From positions 8,108-72,107 of the forward strand of contig JAIRXB010000014.1 of NCBI GenBank assembly GCA_031268535.1: DNA of 64,000 bases, written 5' to 3'. Shown one piece after another: positions 18,384 to 31,100 of this stretch. Each line of letters opens with the position of its first letter. The stretch's first letter is position 1. The position numbers were made by a program, and so were the translations under genes. Under the pieces are notes generated by a model. The model saw only the letters and a program-made list of their open reading frames with translations, made no database searches and was not told where the DNA came from. The stretch is from Puniceicoccales bacterium (GTDB lineage Bacteria; Verrucomicrobiota; Verrucomicrobiia; Opitutales; JAIRLM01).

Positions 18384-19832
18384 TTAAATTTCATAGGTTT
18401 CCTGCGGCTCCGGATTAAATATCCTCGCAGCGGGGAGTGCCATGGTGAGGGCTCCCTCGAACCATTTCCGCGCGTTACCGTCGCCGTGGGAAAGCACTAT
18501 TGAAGATGGATTCATCACCTTTGCCAAATGAAGCAGGTCCTCTCTGTCGGCGTGGCCGCTGAGGTCGTAGTGCTCCACCCTGGCCCGTATGGGCGTTTCA
18601 AACTCAAGAGTTTCAAAGCGAAAGATGTCCCCTGGAGCCTGGCCGAGCAGCTTTCCGCCGGGAGTGTCAATGTCGCAGTAGCCGGTAAAGGCTATGAGGT
18701 TATGGCTGAACGGCATCAATGACGCTGCGACCTGATAGGCGGGAGTGTTTTCAACCAACATGCCGCTACTCATCACAAATAGGCTCGATCGGCGAATGTC
18801 TATGCCGGCCTTTACGCGACTGCGTGGAAGCGGCCTGACGTTTAGGGCGTTGAGGGAGCGTTTCCTGAATACCATTTCACCCTCCGGCGCAAGGCGATGT
18901 CCAAGATTTTGAAGGACTGGCGGAGAGATGCGGTCCGGCGCAGTGTAGTTGAGCCCATATTTTTTGCCATTTCTGCCTATTTTTTCAAATACATCTACCA
19001 CGGCCAAGCCGAGTCCGGAGCAGTAGACGGGAAAATTTCGCGGTAAAATTCCGCGGTGCCGGGCCTCGCATATGAGCGTAACAACTTCCTGCATGCGGCC
19101 AAGGGCGAAGACTGGAAGAAGGCACGAGCCACCCTCGCGGAGCGCCTTGGCCACCGACTCGAGGAGTCGATCCGCTTCGTCCTCGTAGGTGAAATTCGCC
19201 GAGTGTTCCGCAAGACCCCTGGTGGTTTCCGTTACCAGCGTATCAACCTGCATGGTTGGTATTTGGGCGCCGTTGAGAGTGTGCTGGCGCCGGAACAGTA
19301 TGTCGCCGGTAAAAAAATGTTTCTTGCCGCCATGTTCGAGCAATACTGCAGCCGCCCCCATGACGTGTCCGGCCGGATAGAATGTAATCCGCAGGTGCTC
19401 TCCGTTTTTTACGAACTCGCGCGTTCTGCCAAAGTGCATCGCAAAAACGTCGAGGTCGATGGCGTCGGCCTCGCTGCGGGAAAAGAGCGGATATTCTTCG
19501 ACCTCTTTCTCGTCGCGCTGCTTAAGCATTACCGTATAGGAATTTTGCAGCATAACCGGCAAAATTTCTCGCGATGCCGGCGTCATGAGAACGCGGGCAG
19601 ACGGCTGACTCCTGTGAATGCAGGGCAGCGATCCGATATGGTCTAAGTGGCAATGAGTTAGGATAATGAGATCGACCGAATCGGGCGCGATGCGCGTATA
19701 GTCCGGCAGGCACGCGAGACCAACATCTTTCGGGCTCATGCCTCCATCAATGAGGAGGCGGAACTCACCAACATCAACCAATAGGCTATGGGCGCCAATT
19801 TCCCTTTTGGGATTCAAATCTGTAAACTTCAT
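18384..19832 (-). CDS. MBL-fold metallo-hydrolase, beta-CASP subfamily (RNA-metabolising nuclease-like)
   Basis: 482 aa. HxHxDH motif (ILTHCHLDHIGSLP), with a later YPAGHVMGAAAV and a C-terminal beta-CASP-like region. Confidence 0.7.
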   Translation of the reverse strand: MKFTDLNPKREIGAHSLLVDVGEFRLLIDGGMSPKDVGLACLPDYTRIAPDSVDLIILTHCHLDHIGSLPCIHRSQPSARVLMTPASREILPVMLQNSYTVMLKQRDEKEVEEYPLFSRSEADAIDLDVFAMHFGRTREFVKNGEHLRITFYPAGHVMGAAAVLLEHGGKKHFFTGDILFRRQHTLNGAQIPTMQVDTLVTETTRGLAEHSANFTYEDEADRLLESVAKALREGGSCLLPVFALGRMQEVVTLICEARHRGILPRNFPVYCSGLGLAVVDVFEKIGRNGKKYGLNYTAPDRISPPVLQNLGHRLAPEGEMVFRKRSLNALNVRPLPRSRVKAGIDIRRSSLFVMSSGMLVENTPAYQVAASLMPFSHNLIAFTGYCDIDTPGGKLLGQAPGDIFRFETLEFETPIRARVEHYDLSGHADREDLLHLAKVMNPSSIVLSHGDGNARKWFEGALTMALPAARIFNPEPQETYEI

Positions 19833-20173
19833 AGCGTCCCGCCATGTTTCCTGCTAATGTAACCCTACTGGAGCAATTGGCGCAAAACGACCACATTGCA
19901 CTACCCATTTTTCGCATTGAGCATCGCCAGATCTTCTCTGTCGAGCTTTTTTTTGCTAAAAAAGCGCCGCAAAATGGCTGCGGCGAAGTTGTGGAATTCA
20001 GCCAAATTTTAGCGCCCGCTAAAAAATCAATTTCTACTGATCAAATTTATCGCCAAAGGAGCGGCAGTTCGCTGCCGGCGGCCGTGGAAACCAAAGTGAC
20101 TTCTGCGGTTGGCGCACTGGCGCAGCCTCGGAAATTTCGTTGCGGCGGTTAGACTTTCGCCAAGAATGGACCC

Positions 20174-20893
20174 ATGTGGGGACTTGCAGTTGCGTCGCTC
20201 TGGGGAGTTCTATTGGACTTTGGGGAGAGGCGGGCGATTCGCAGCGCACTTCGCTTCGGATCACTTCATGGCATTTCCGCTTCCGGCATCTTTCGCGGCC
20301 ATTTCCGTGGGCGTTCCGCCTACCCGCGCTGCGGCCTTAGCGCTGTCCTGCAGCCAATTGTCTTTGCGGCCACATTTTACTATGGGCACGGATTTGGCGC
20401 CGTCGGCACCCTAACCATGCTCTCCATACTTTTCGCAGCCGCCCGCGCCGACATAGCTAGCGGCACAATTCCCATTGGTCTGATCGCCGTGGCCGTTTTT
20501 TCCGGATTAATTTTTGCCGCGGCGGGACCTGGCGACGGAATGCGATTGGATCCAATTTTGGCGATGGAACAATTGCGCGAGGGACTTTTAGCGACGGCTG
20601 CGCTGTTTTGGCTGGCTGTCATTTTCGAAGCGCTTAGCGGGAAAGAAGGCATGGGCTTTGGTGACGTGCAGTTGGCCGGAGCAATGGGCATTTTTATTGG
20701 ATTCAGAGGGGTCGTTTCCTCATTTTTCTGTGCGGCCGTTTTCGCTCTGGTCGTCTGCGTTGTCCAGAGATTTTTCGCAAATTCTAGAAACCGCATCAGA
20801 TTTGGGACGCCTTTCCCGTTCGCCCCCTATATTTTTTTCGGTGCGGCGCTGCACATTGTCTTGGACGCCGCTGCGCCCAATTTGTTGGCCTGA
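20174..20893 (+). CDS. Type IV prepilin peptidase (peptidase A24) family membrane protein
   Basis: 239 aa polytopic membrane protein with the A24 signature GMGFGDVQLAGAMG (GxGxGDVKL-like). Confidence 0.65.
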   Translation: MWGLAVASLWGVLLDFGERRAIRSALRFGSLHGISASGIFRGHFRGRSAYPRCGLSAVLQPIVFAATFYYGHGFGAVGTLTMLSILFAAARADIASGTIPIGLIAVAVFSGLIFAAAGPGDGMRLDPILAMEQLREGLLATAALFWLAVIFEALSGKEGMGFGDVQLAGAMGIFIGFRGVVSSFFCAAVFALVVCVVQRFFANSRNRIRFGTPFPFAPYIFFGAALHIVLDAAAPNLLA

Positions 20894-20941
20894 TAGTTTT
20901 CACTTGCCGGCCATATGCAATGGCCATAGGTAACGGCAATC

Positions 20942-21487
20942 TTGGAGCGGGAATACCTATGTCCGTCCAGCCAGCAGCTGTGGCGCAGCTGGCTCGAGGA
21001 AAACGGTTCCACCAGAAGGGATATTTGGCTGCTTTTCCACCGCAAGGACTCCGGCAATGGCGGCATAAGCTATCTGCAGGCCCTAGAGGAGTCCCTCTGC
21101 TTTGGATGGATAGACGGCATGGTGAAGCGCTACGGGCCGACGACGATGAGCCAGCGCTTTAGCCCGCGCGCCGCAAACAGTTCGTGGAGTGAAGTAAACA
21201 AGCAGCATGCACGGCTACTGATAGAATGCGGCAAAATGGCGCCGGCCGGCATGGCCGTGTTGCCAGATTTGGATCCGACATCCTACATTTGCGCTGAGGA
21301 TATCCTTGTGGAGTTGCGCAAAGACGGAAGAGTTTGGGAGAATTTTTGCGCATTCCCCACGTACTATAAGAACATCCGCGTTGACGCCATACATCGATTG
21401 CGCGCCAATGGCGAAAAATTTAACCGTGCACTCAACACCTTCATGGCGCGCACCAAAGAGAACAGGCGCTATGGCCGTTTCCGCTAG
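20942..21487 (+). CDS. YdeI/OmpD-associated (OmdA) family protein
   Basis: 181 aa. WRSWLEENGSTRRDIWLLFHRKDSGNGGISYLQALEESLCFGWIDG matches the family N-terminal signature (W..WL..H......W......G...........L..A.CFGWID). Confidence 0.6.
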   Translation: MEREYLCPSSQQLWRSWLEENGSTRRDIWLLFHRKDSGNGGISYLQALEESLCFGWIDGMVKRYGPTTMSQRFSPRAANSSWSEVNKQHARLLIECGKMAPAGMAVLPDLDPTSYICAEDILVELRKDGRVWENFCAFPTYYKNIRVDAIHRLRANGEKFNRALNTFMARTKENRRYGRFR

Positions 21488-22150
21488 GAGCCAGCTGGCC
21501 AGAGGCTGGCGGCGGTTCCATTTCGCCAAACATTTTTAGACGATCATTTCCACTTTTGCCGGCAGTGAGCATCCCGCTAAAATCTTCCAGCGCTTCTGAG
21601 CTTACGCTTCCAAGGAGGGTTGCGCCGTTCTGGTTAGCGGTTGCGCCCGCACTTGCCGATTTGAGGCGTTGCGCCATGTGGATGGCGGCAGTGAGTGCAG
21701 CTTCACTTTTTAGCGCCCTGCTGTGTACTTTGTTGTAGAAGTCGTTTGCGACAGCAAGTTTTCGAAGATCGTCGCCATGACTCGCCGCAAGCTCATTCAA
21801 TTGAGTTTCATCACAGCATTGCACTGCAGCCGCCAATTTGATGGTGTTTTTGGCTAGAGGCAAAAGCTTCCGGCTTCTGGCCAGTCTGGGTGCCAGCGTT
21901 GGCGGCGGCGCAGGCTTGTACGTTTTCTTGGTCGAATGTCGGGCGCGTATGTGATGCAAGTTCTCCTTTCACGAAAGGCGGAATGATTTTGTCTATCTTT
22001 CTAATGGCGTTGTATGCGGCAACTAGCTCAGACAGCCGTTGTCCCGGGCGGTCTTTGCTTTGCTTCGCAGTTTCGAAGGAAACGCCAATTGCAGCTTCAG
22101 CTAGGGGCCAGCTTGCGAGAGGTTGGCGGCGGCTCCATTTGGCGATTGGC
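21480..22150 (-). pseudogene. Degenerate, frame-broken extra copies of the 3'-terminal repeat units of the giant gene
   Basis: Track ORFs 21441..21959 (KLAAAVQCCDETQLNELAASHGDDL...AAIHMAQRLKS...KMFGEMEPP) and 21811..22197 (LSELVAAYNAIRKIDKIIPPFVKGELASH...NVQACAAANA) are homologous to the last about 250 aa of the giant protein (KLAAAVRCCDGTQLNEFAASHGGDL...AAIHMAQCLKT...KMFGEIG; LLELANTYEGIRKTNKAIPPFTEGKLACL...HIQACAAAAP). Shared nucleotide blocks confirm this, for example atgactcgccgcaa(a/g)ctcattcaattgagtt...gcactgcagccgccaatttg at 21777-21840 versus 22775-22845. Confidence 0.75.
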
Positions 22151-25100
22151 CTAGGCTGGTGTGCCTGTACTCTGTTTTGCCCTCCGCCTGGAAGCAAAAC
22201 CTGTCGTCGGCGCGGGTGCGGCGGCAGCGCAAGCTTGTATGTGGTCTGGGTCGCGTTTTGCGATCATCAAGCAGGCAAGTTTTCCTTCCGTGAAAGGCGG
22301 AATGGCTTTGTTTGTCTTTCTAATGCCCTCGTATGTATTGGCTAGCTCAAGTAGCTGTTGTTGCGAACCGCCGCCGATCTGGCTTTCAGTTTGGTAGGCG
22401 ACGCCAATTGCCGCAGCTGCGGCCGGGAGTAGAGTTGAATCAAGTGTCTTAAGGTCGGCAATTGATTTAACGTTGAATATGACTAGCGTATCGGCTACGC
22501 CGATTTCGCCAAACATTTTTAGTCGATCATTTTTAGTGTGGTTGGCAGCTAGTGTCCCACTAAAATCTTTCAGCGCTTCTGATCTTATGCTTTTAAAGAG
22601 GGCAGTACGGTTTTTGGCAGCGTTTTGGTCAGCGATTGCCGTTTTAAGGCATTGCGCCATGTGAATGGCGGCAATGAATGCAACTTCGCTTTTTAGCGTC
22701 CTATCGTGTTTTTTGTCGAAGAAGTCGCTTGCGATCGCAAGTTTGCCTTCTTTGGCAAGGCCTAGAAGATCGCCGCCATGACTCGCCGCAAACTCATTCA
22801 ATTGAGTTCCGTCACAGCATCGCACTGCAGCCGCCAATTTGTCTGGGTCCACAGCTCCTCCTATCGTTATCACGGCGTCGCAGCCCAAAAGTCTAGCAAA
22901 TGGCGTGCTTGCGCAGGCTTGGATTTGGGCGACGGTAATTTCTTCCTGATGACTGTTGGTGCTAAGACTGGCGCGCAGCAGCTCAAGGGAATCTTCGCTG
23001 GCCATTAGCGTTTCCAGTTGCTCACCGACTAAATTGTCCTTGATTCGAGCAAGAATATCGGCAGGGGCGCAATTTTTCAAAACGGCGGCAATGCAATGTA
23101 GAAACACAAATTTCGCGTTTGCCATTTCGGTTTGTTTTCGGCTGCAAGATAAGATGGCGCTTTTGCTGTTTGGGGATCGTTTTTTTAGTGCTTCGGCTTT
23201 TTCGTGTTCCCCGGATGCATCTTTGAAGTTTCTGGCGACAGCTATGAAAAATTGCGGATTCGCCACCGGTATGCTTTTGACTATTGGCGAGCTGCCGCTG
23301 TTTTGCTGCTCGCTTTCAAACCCTTTTCGGATGGCGTCCATCGATTGTGACTTCTGCAATTCAACGTCGCCGCCGACCAAAATGGCGGCAATGATAGACT
23401 GCGGATTCGACAAGTTTTCAAGGTTGCCGTAGTTTTTGGTGAGAAGATGATTTTGTGGATCGCATATGTATAGCGTCACCGGGCTTGTTTCGCTAAGTCC
23501 TTCCAGCACCTTTTTTTCGCCATAGGCAACTATGGCCGCGGCCCTATGTTTGATATCTTCGGTTGTTGCGTTCGGCAAAGTGGATCCGAATGCTGCAACC
23601 GGTAAAAGTTTCAGCATCGATTTTGCGTCTTCATCTTCCGCAACTGTCTTAAACCACGCACCGGGAACGTGCATCCATTGCGATCCGTTCATGAGTGGCC
23701 CCATGAGTAGAATAATGTGGTATGGTATCTGTTTGGCGAAATGCTCGAAAAATCTTGCGACGGAAGCTTGCAAAACTGGACCATCGTAGTTATTGATGAA
23801 TCTGGATTGGGATAAAATATTTCTTTTTGCCACTGCGTCCAAGCACTTCAAAAGCCGCTTTTCCACATCCGGGTCGCCGCTGATCGTTGAGGCCCTAAGC
23901 ATGAGCGATATTATGAGTTTGTTGGTGGTGTTCGAAAGGTTGCCTTCAAGTCTAGTCAACTTCGCCAATGCCGCGTCTCTTTCGCTTCCGGAAGCGGCTT
24001 CGGTGAGTCTTTTGAAACTGACGGCCAATTGCTGTGCCAACTTTTCCGTAACGTCTTCGTTCCATGCTGTGTGGTCGAGGCGATTTAGCTGATCGATGGC
24101 TCCGTTGCGAATCACAGCGTCAGCGAGTTGGACGGCGGTTTCTGCAGCGACACAACTCTGTTCATCTCTGCCGGCCCCAGATGAGGCTGCTTTGGCCGTA
24201 TTGTTTACCTCTTCGACGGGCAGGGCGGTCGTTAAAGCTTGATCTTCCGATACACATTCAATCAAGTATGGTCCGCAGTTACCCAAGAAATCAGCCTCGG
24301 TGGCGTATGCTACGAGTTTCTGCGTTTGGAGTGAACTTTCGTGTTCTTCGCCGGCCGACTGGTCCAGTACGCCCAATTGCTGCCGTATCAATTGCGCCTC
24401 AAGCATGATTTTGGCATAATTTGCTTCTGAATCTGAAGTGTTGATTTCGCGGGCAATTCCGGCCATCCTGTCGCGCATGTCTTTCGTTTTTTTCGATTTC
24501 TTTTCCGCGGATGCCGCAAAAAGATTGGCGATCATCGCTTCCGTTGAAGCGACGATTTGTCCTTTGCAAAAATCTGTGGACATAGCTTCCAGCACGTCAG
24601 CTTTGCTGATGTTTGAAATGGCGCCATTGCCGCAGACCAGCAGCATGGCGACAAGGTCATTGTAGAGAACAGAATCCGACTCTTTTATCTTAGCCAGCAT
24701 GTCGCGGTTCCAGACATCCGGAAATGCTATGGCGCCAGTGGATTGTGAATTTGCCATTTCCACGAAAATATCCGTTGGAACCGTGTGGGGGAATCTGGTG
24801 CTGGCGAATGTGGAAACTAGGTCGTTTCTGAGATGCAATATGGCGCCTGCGAAGAATGCTCCGCTCGTGCGCGATTCAGCGCCAATTGTCAGGCCGCGCC
24901 CTCTGGCATCTAGGTCAATGAGCGTTCTGGCATTATCTCTTATGCGTGTTAGCGCCGCCAGGCTTGGGACAGTGTAAAAAACACTGCGAAGAGCCTCGTC
25001 GCCATCCGCCTCTGCGCCAGCGAGCTGCGCGAGTTGAGAATGGCGGCCTATCCCTAAATTGCGACCTGTCCTGCCACGGCCATTGGCGCGGAGCATACCG

Positions 25101-28100
25101 TTAAGATTGATGGCGCCATCGAGATAGGCTTTCTTTATTTCGGCCGCCATAGCAACGTCGTCACCATGATTAGGGGTGATAAACGTACATTCCATAATGG
25201 CAAGGCTTGATTCGGCTTTGCACTTTCTCACAAGGTCGGTAACAAGGTCGTTAAAACGATCTGTAATGGGACTGGTATTTTTTTCTATCTCACTTCTGAC
25301 TTCGAGGCTTTTTTCCGACAGATTAAACCATTGCGTGCCAGCGGCGGCAAGTATCTTTCTTCTGTCTGTGGTGTCGACTTTTCCGCCGCGCGAAGCGTCC
25401 AGCAAGCTCTTCCGTGCGATATTGGCGTCGGAGGCAGTATTGCCACATACGGTGTCGGCCAAATGCTGAATTTGATCTATGGCGTAAACCGAATCGTGCG
25501 TAGCCGATTCGATCTCGTCGACCGCTCGCTTGATGACTAATCTGGCTGCACCTGTTGCTTGTTTGGCATTAGATGCATCTACTGCAGTAAGTGAGCCAAC
25601 GATTGCTTTTGCGACGGCTGTCATGGTAGGCAACGCCTTTGCAAAAACGTCATTTTCGAGATTGCCGACACAGCATTCCGTAAGCTCCACTAGAAGGACT
25701 TGTTCAATGAGTTTTAGTTCCGGCGGCCACGTAGTAGCGCCCGTATCGCGCATAGATTTTCGCACCGGAGAGTTTTGATCATCAAAATCAAATGCAGCGA
25801 TCCATCGTACAACGTGAGGCTTGGCAGCGTCATCGACGATTTTCGCGACTCCGAATAGCTTCGCAACGTTGCTATTCTCACTACTCAGCAGAACTCTTGC
25901 ATTATCAATTATCCCTTTAGGACGAATATCACCAACTTTTGCTTTTGCTGCGGCGATCGAATCACTAATTGCCTTTCTCCTTTTCTCCAATGTTTTCCCG
26001 GGAATCATTAGGGCGAATAGGCGAAATGCATCCAATTGTCCGTAGGTGTCGAGTTGGTGCCAATCTTTGTCGGCCAAAAGATTGGTAAGCAAATCTTTGC
26101 TATTGGTGCCCTTTGCAACTAATTTGTCGATGAGGCCTTGAAGTTTAGCGTTGCCACCAACGCCAGCTATGGTGCGCGCGATCACGGCCATGCGAGTGCG
26201 CAGCTCGCTGCAGTCCTGCTTGGCTCCGCGGCCACGTTCAACCAAGCTAGCTATTTCAGCTTTTAATTTTTCAAAAATTGGAGTAACACATTCTTCGTCT
26301 TTGCGCTCGACATTCCTGTCGCGCCACGCACCAATGCCAACTGACAAGAGCTGCGAAACGGTCATGGACGCAACCTGCTGCGTTGATCCGTGGCGCACAA
26401 TTTCTTCCAAAATGCTGGCTTCCGGCTTTATCTGCGCCAAGGTTTCCAGATCGATTTTTTGGATTAGGTTCTGCGCGCCAGCCGTAAGCATGAAGCCTCT
26501 GAGATGCGTTTCGTTGAGAGCGGATATGGCATCGCAGCTTCCGAGGCGAATAATTTGAGCTACGTCTGCTCCCTTGAGAGACTTGCTAATGCTTTCAATA
26601 TCCCTTTCCCGAAGGCGAGCTAGAGCTCGCGGCATGCGTTGTGATAGCAGCAAAAAGTCTGCATAAGTAAGCACGAAAGCGGCATCGGACTCCATGCATG
26701 CGAGCCAGCCGGCGGCCGACGGCGTGCCGCTTGTTTTTGCGGTCTTTGCCGCGTTAAGGGCGCCTGTAAAACTTGTCCCTTTTGCATTAGCGGCATACGC
26801 ATGAGCAACTTGCGTAAGTGCAGCATCCCATACCGCCTGCCATAACTTTGATGTGGAGAAACCGCTATCGGAAAATTTATCCGTGTCCGGCCCATAGCCG
26901 AATGTTTTATGCATATTGGCGAGAACTGCAACGCATGCGATATCGGCGCTGTCGCCAAACTTGTCGTCTATGGCAATCACGAATGCCAAATTGGCAGCAA
27001 GGTGTTCGGCCAAAAATGATTCCCCGTCTTTTTCCGACACTACTCCCTCGGCGCCTCGAAGGCAGGCAGAAAGAGCGGACGATCTGGATTTGATGCGAGC
27101 GATTACCGCATTGCTAAGAGTAGCGCTGCCAATTTCATCGAGTGCCTGTGCCATTTCGGCTTTTCCGGGGGATTTGCGCACCATGTCCCTAGACAAAATC
27201 GCCGCCTGCTTTTGCCCTATGGCTGCATTATTTTTTGCGTTAGCGAGCAGGGCGTAGACCGTACTTACGCATTCATCCGACGAGATTCTCGCTATGCGCT
27301 CTTTCGAGAGCCTTGTGGACAGCATGACGTGAAGCGGACTTCCGTCGGCTATAAATTCCGCCGGCTTCGCCGCAACTTTTTCGCCCCCGCCATCTACGGC
27401 TTCGGATGGCATGCGAGGTTGTGGAATGACATCGTCGCAATCGACATCGCATTTGCGCACATCAACCGCCAAACTGTGGCGCATTAGCAATTCAATTTGT
27501 TTATCCGTGATGTCATCGACCGTTATGGCTGGCGCCCCATCGCCCCTGACTATCGCCATTAGGAGCTTGACGAAGCCCTGCTCAATGCGCCCGCCGTCTT
27601 TGCACGATTTTTCGAGATCGATCAGTTCGTCGAAATCTTGCAGGCGGCCCGGCAAAAGTATTTCGCTAAGAGCTGTTCCAGTTGTTTCGTGGATGCGTAT
27701 GATTTGCCACGGGCAGAGCAGGCGCCTCAGTTCTACGGGAAATGCCTCAACCGTGGCCCATTTTAGACGTTCAACGTCAGACTCCGTTAGGAGTGGTGTG
27801 AATTCGTCCGTAAGTCGACCCACTACATCTGGCGCGCCCTTGAAGGCGGCTATGAACTCGGGAAATCGAAACATGTGCCTGATGAGTTGGTTGTTTGAGA
27901 TTCTTTGTAGTCTCTCGGACGACACCGATTTGGCGATAGCGGCGATCCATGGGCTGTTTGGCACACAAAAGGAAAGTATGTCGACTAGTGCCGCTTCGCT
28001 TTCTTGATTTGGGACGCCATTAGCGTCGCACTCAAGAAGTTTGGCGGCGACTTCATCCAACATGGATTCGCCGTCGGATTCTCCCGGTCGAGCCCTCAGG

Positions 28101-31100
28101 CGTGCTGAGGCCTTTGATTCACATAGCTGTCTGCCGCTCATTTTTGCCAGTAGCTCTACGCTGCCAATAGAAATGAGCCGCTCGAAGAGAGGATTGAGTT
28201 TGGACACTTTCTTAACTTGCTCGGCCTCCAATAGCGAAACTCCATCTGTCGTTGCAAATATTTGACTGAGGGCCTGCTCACCGAATCCCAATGCGCAAAA
28301 TGCCGATGGCGAATACGTGTTAAATAAGCCGCATCTTTTGCCCAAATCGTTTGATTCTGCAGCTGCCGATTCGTAGTACGCATCACCATACTCTCCGCCC
28401 ATTAGGGCGAGGCGAAACAGCTGACTGTCTCCAGTGTCGATTTTAGACTTTGTGCTAGCCACTGACCTTACGCTTTCGAGGATGTATTGCGCGCCAGCTT
28501 GGTCAGATTGCCCGAGAAGTCTGCGTGTCGTGTCCGTCGACCCGGAAAGTGTTGCACACAGAAGAATTTGATAGACAAGATACGATGAGTAGGCGTGCCT
28601 TGTTCTATCTGCGGCTAAAAATTTGTCCAGCTGTAGCGCAGACAGTTTCGCAATGTCTTTAACTGGCACTTCTCCTGGACGAATGCGCTCAAGGGATCCT
28701 ATGGGAATGTGTATGGATTTTGCATCTTCGATTAGGTCGCGCGATATGTCTATGCCAACTTGAAGCAGGATGTCGGACTCAATGGTGCGAAGCGCAGAGA
28801 GTCGCAGCTGAGGGCTTTTTTGCCCGACGACCACCATGCTGTTGTCGAGGCGAGATTCCGGAATGGCGTATATGCATATGCGCAAGAACCTATTCAGCGT
28901 CGGAAGGTCTCCGCCGCAACTCTCAACCAAGGCTGCGAAGGCTGATCGTTGTGACGTTACGGCATTGGCGTCGCCGTCCATCATGGCGCGCAGAAGGCGA
29001 AGGTGGCTCACCGCCGCATCGTAGCGCTTAATGTCCCCTTTAATGTACGGATCAAAGCCACGAGACCGCTCTATGCAGGATCCAGTCGAGGCATCCACGA
29101 TGGCAAGCCCGGCAATTTTGTTTGCATCGGCCTTGATGGCCGCAACCAATGCGGCGGCCTCTTCTTCCGTCGCCAAAACGATCGTGAAATCATCTCCGGT
29201 TTGGTTTTTATAGATAAATGCGTAGCGCGGTTTAGGCTGGCTGTCGTGGACTATTGGAATTGCATTCGCGAATGAGGCGCCAAAGTTAATTGAAACGCGA
29301 ACATTTGGGCCAAAAATATTTTCGTAAGTTAGATATCGATCTGCGCACGCTAGGCCATCCGCTTTCCATGGTATTTCGCCGGCCGATTTGCGCATGAATT
29401 GTGCCGCAGGCAAGCTGGACTGCACCATAGTTTGGGGGCAATTTTTGGCGCCACCAAAAATTGCAAGCTGCGTTCTCCCGCCGTGGCCGCGCGTCGGATT
29501 AGTGTATTTATTCTCAAATACAGTATATGCCCGAACGCCACTATCGCACGTGCTCCAATAATTGCAGAGGGGGAGTTTTCTGCCGGGGCTCATGGCGTTG
29601 CACTCGTTGTACTCCTGCTGTTCTTCGGCCTGCGCTTGGTGCTCCTTTTCCGTCTCAACTTCCACTTCTACCGTATTATTTTCCGCTGCCTCTTCTGCGC
29701 CAGATGACGATTGCTTGCTGCTGATTACTATTTGCCCAAGCGGTTCCTTTTGAATGTCGCCATCTTCGCAATTGACTTTCATCGGATGCCCGTCTGGATC
29801 GGTTCCGATTTTCACGCCCTCTGCTGAGGCGCAAATATCTAGAAGTCCTCTGCATTCCCTGTCGAAAAATTCCATTACTTCAAGTCCGAGCGGTGTTTCA
29901 TTTTGCTGTGCTTCGCGTAGGGCGGCTAAAACTTGCGCTCTCATCGAGCTGGCCGTTGCGAGGGCGGCATCCGTTAGCGATATTTCCACTTTGCTTCCGA
30001 GGTAGACTTGCTCCGGGATGAAATCATTTGAGTTGCTCAGAAATTTAGACAGCGCGCAAACTACTGGCCGCAGCGATTCCATTGCACTGCTAACCTGTTC
30101 TCCTGACGCGCCAGAGCATCTGGCGAATGCATCGACTGTTTTGCCGACAACCCAATTGCCGACGCACCTGCCAATTTCAGATAGAGCTGCCATCATGGTT
30201 TGCTTTTTGGCCACTTCCACGTCATTATGCTGCAGCGTAGCAAGCAGCACTTCGCCGTTGGCGAACTCTTCGTCCATTATGGAATATCGGGCTGATTGTG
30301 ATGATGCGGCGGAGTACCGGCTGAGGACGCTGTCAGGTATGCCGCGTTCATTTCTGCCTGACCAAACTGCACGCTGAAGCAGCGTATCTGGCATGGCGAC
30401 AATTGTGTATTGCGACAGAGGTGCGTCCGTTGGAGCCATGAGTGCTCGTGCGCGCATGGCTGTTTGGAAGAAAATATCTTCTGTTGTCCCGGCAAGATGC
30501 GGGATGTTGACCAGTATGCCTTTGTGCGGCATCGGCACGTCTAGGCCGGTGCACATGGCTTGGCTTGTTGCCCAAATTGTGTTTGATGGCTTAATGCCAA
30601 ATCGTTCAAGCACCGCCATGCCGCTGCCTTCAAATACTATGCCGTCCGTGGCGCCAGGCGTCAGCATGCGGCGATTCCCGTCGCGATCTTCGTAGGCAAC
30701 GCTTACCTGGCGGCCATTATTTGAGAACCACTCCTGCGTGTAGCGTGCAGCCCAATATCCTGGGTCGGGTTCGAGATTGCCGGCGATTCGCGCGTTGTTT
30801 GCCGCCATCTGATAGAAAACTCCACCGGGGTCGCATATGGCGCATATCCTGTCGATGGCGTCACGGTTGGAGACATGCGTTTGGTTGGGCCTGGCATTCG
30901 TTACGGAATCGAGAAAGGCTCCTATGTCATGTTGGCAGTCGACGCAGCGTATGGCGAGAAGTTTTTTCCCAATTTGTTTGCCGCCGCTGCCAGTTACGTC
31001 ACTCTCTCCTCTAGATATGGAGCGCAAGTCGTGAATGTGTTTGGGGATATCTGGGAATTTTCTGCTGAATTGCTGAGGCCACTTATGGGCTACTCCAGGG

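Noticed and set aside
19844-20152. 102-aa ORF in the 340-bp gap between the MBL hydrolase and the prepilin peptidase
   Set aside because: No motif and no ribosome-binding site. It is probably intergenic or promoter DNA for the divergent pair.
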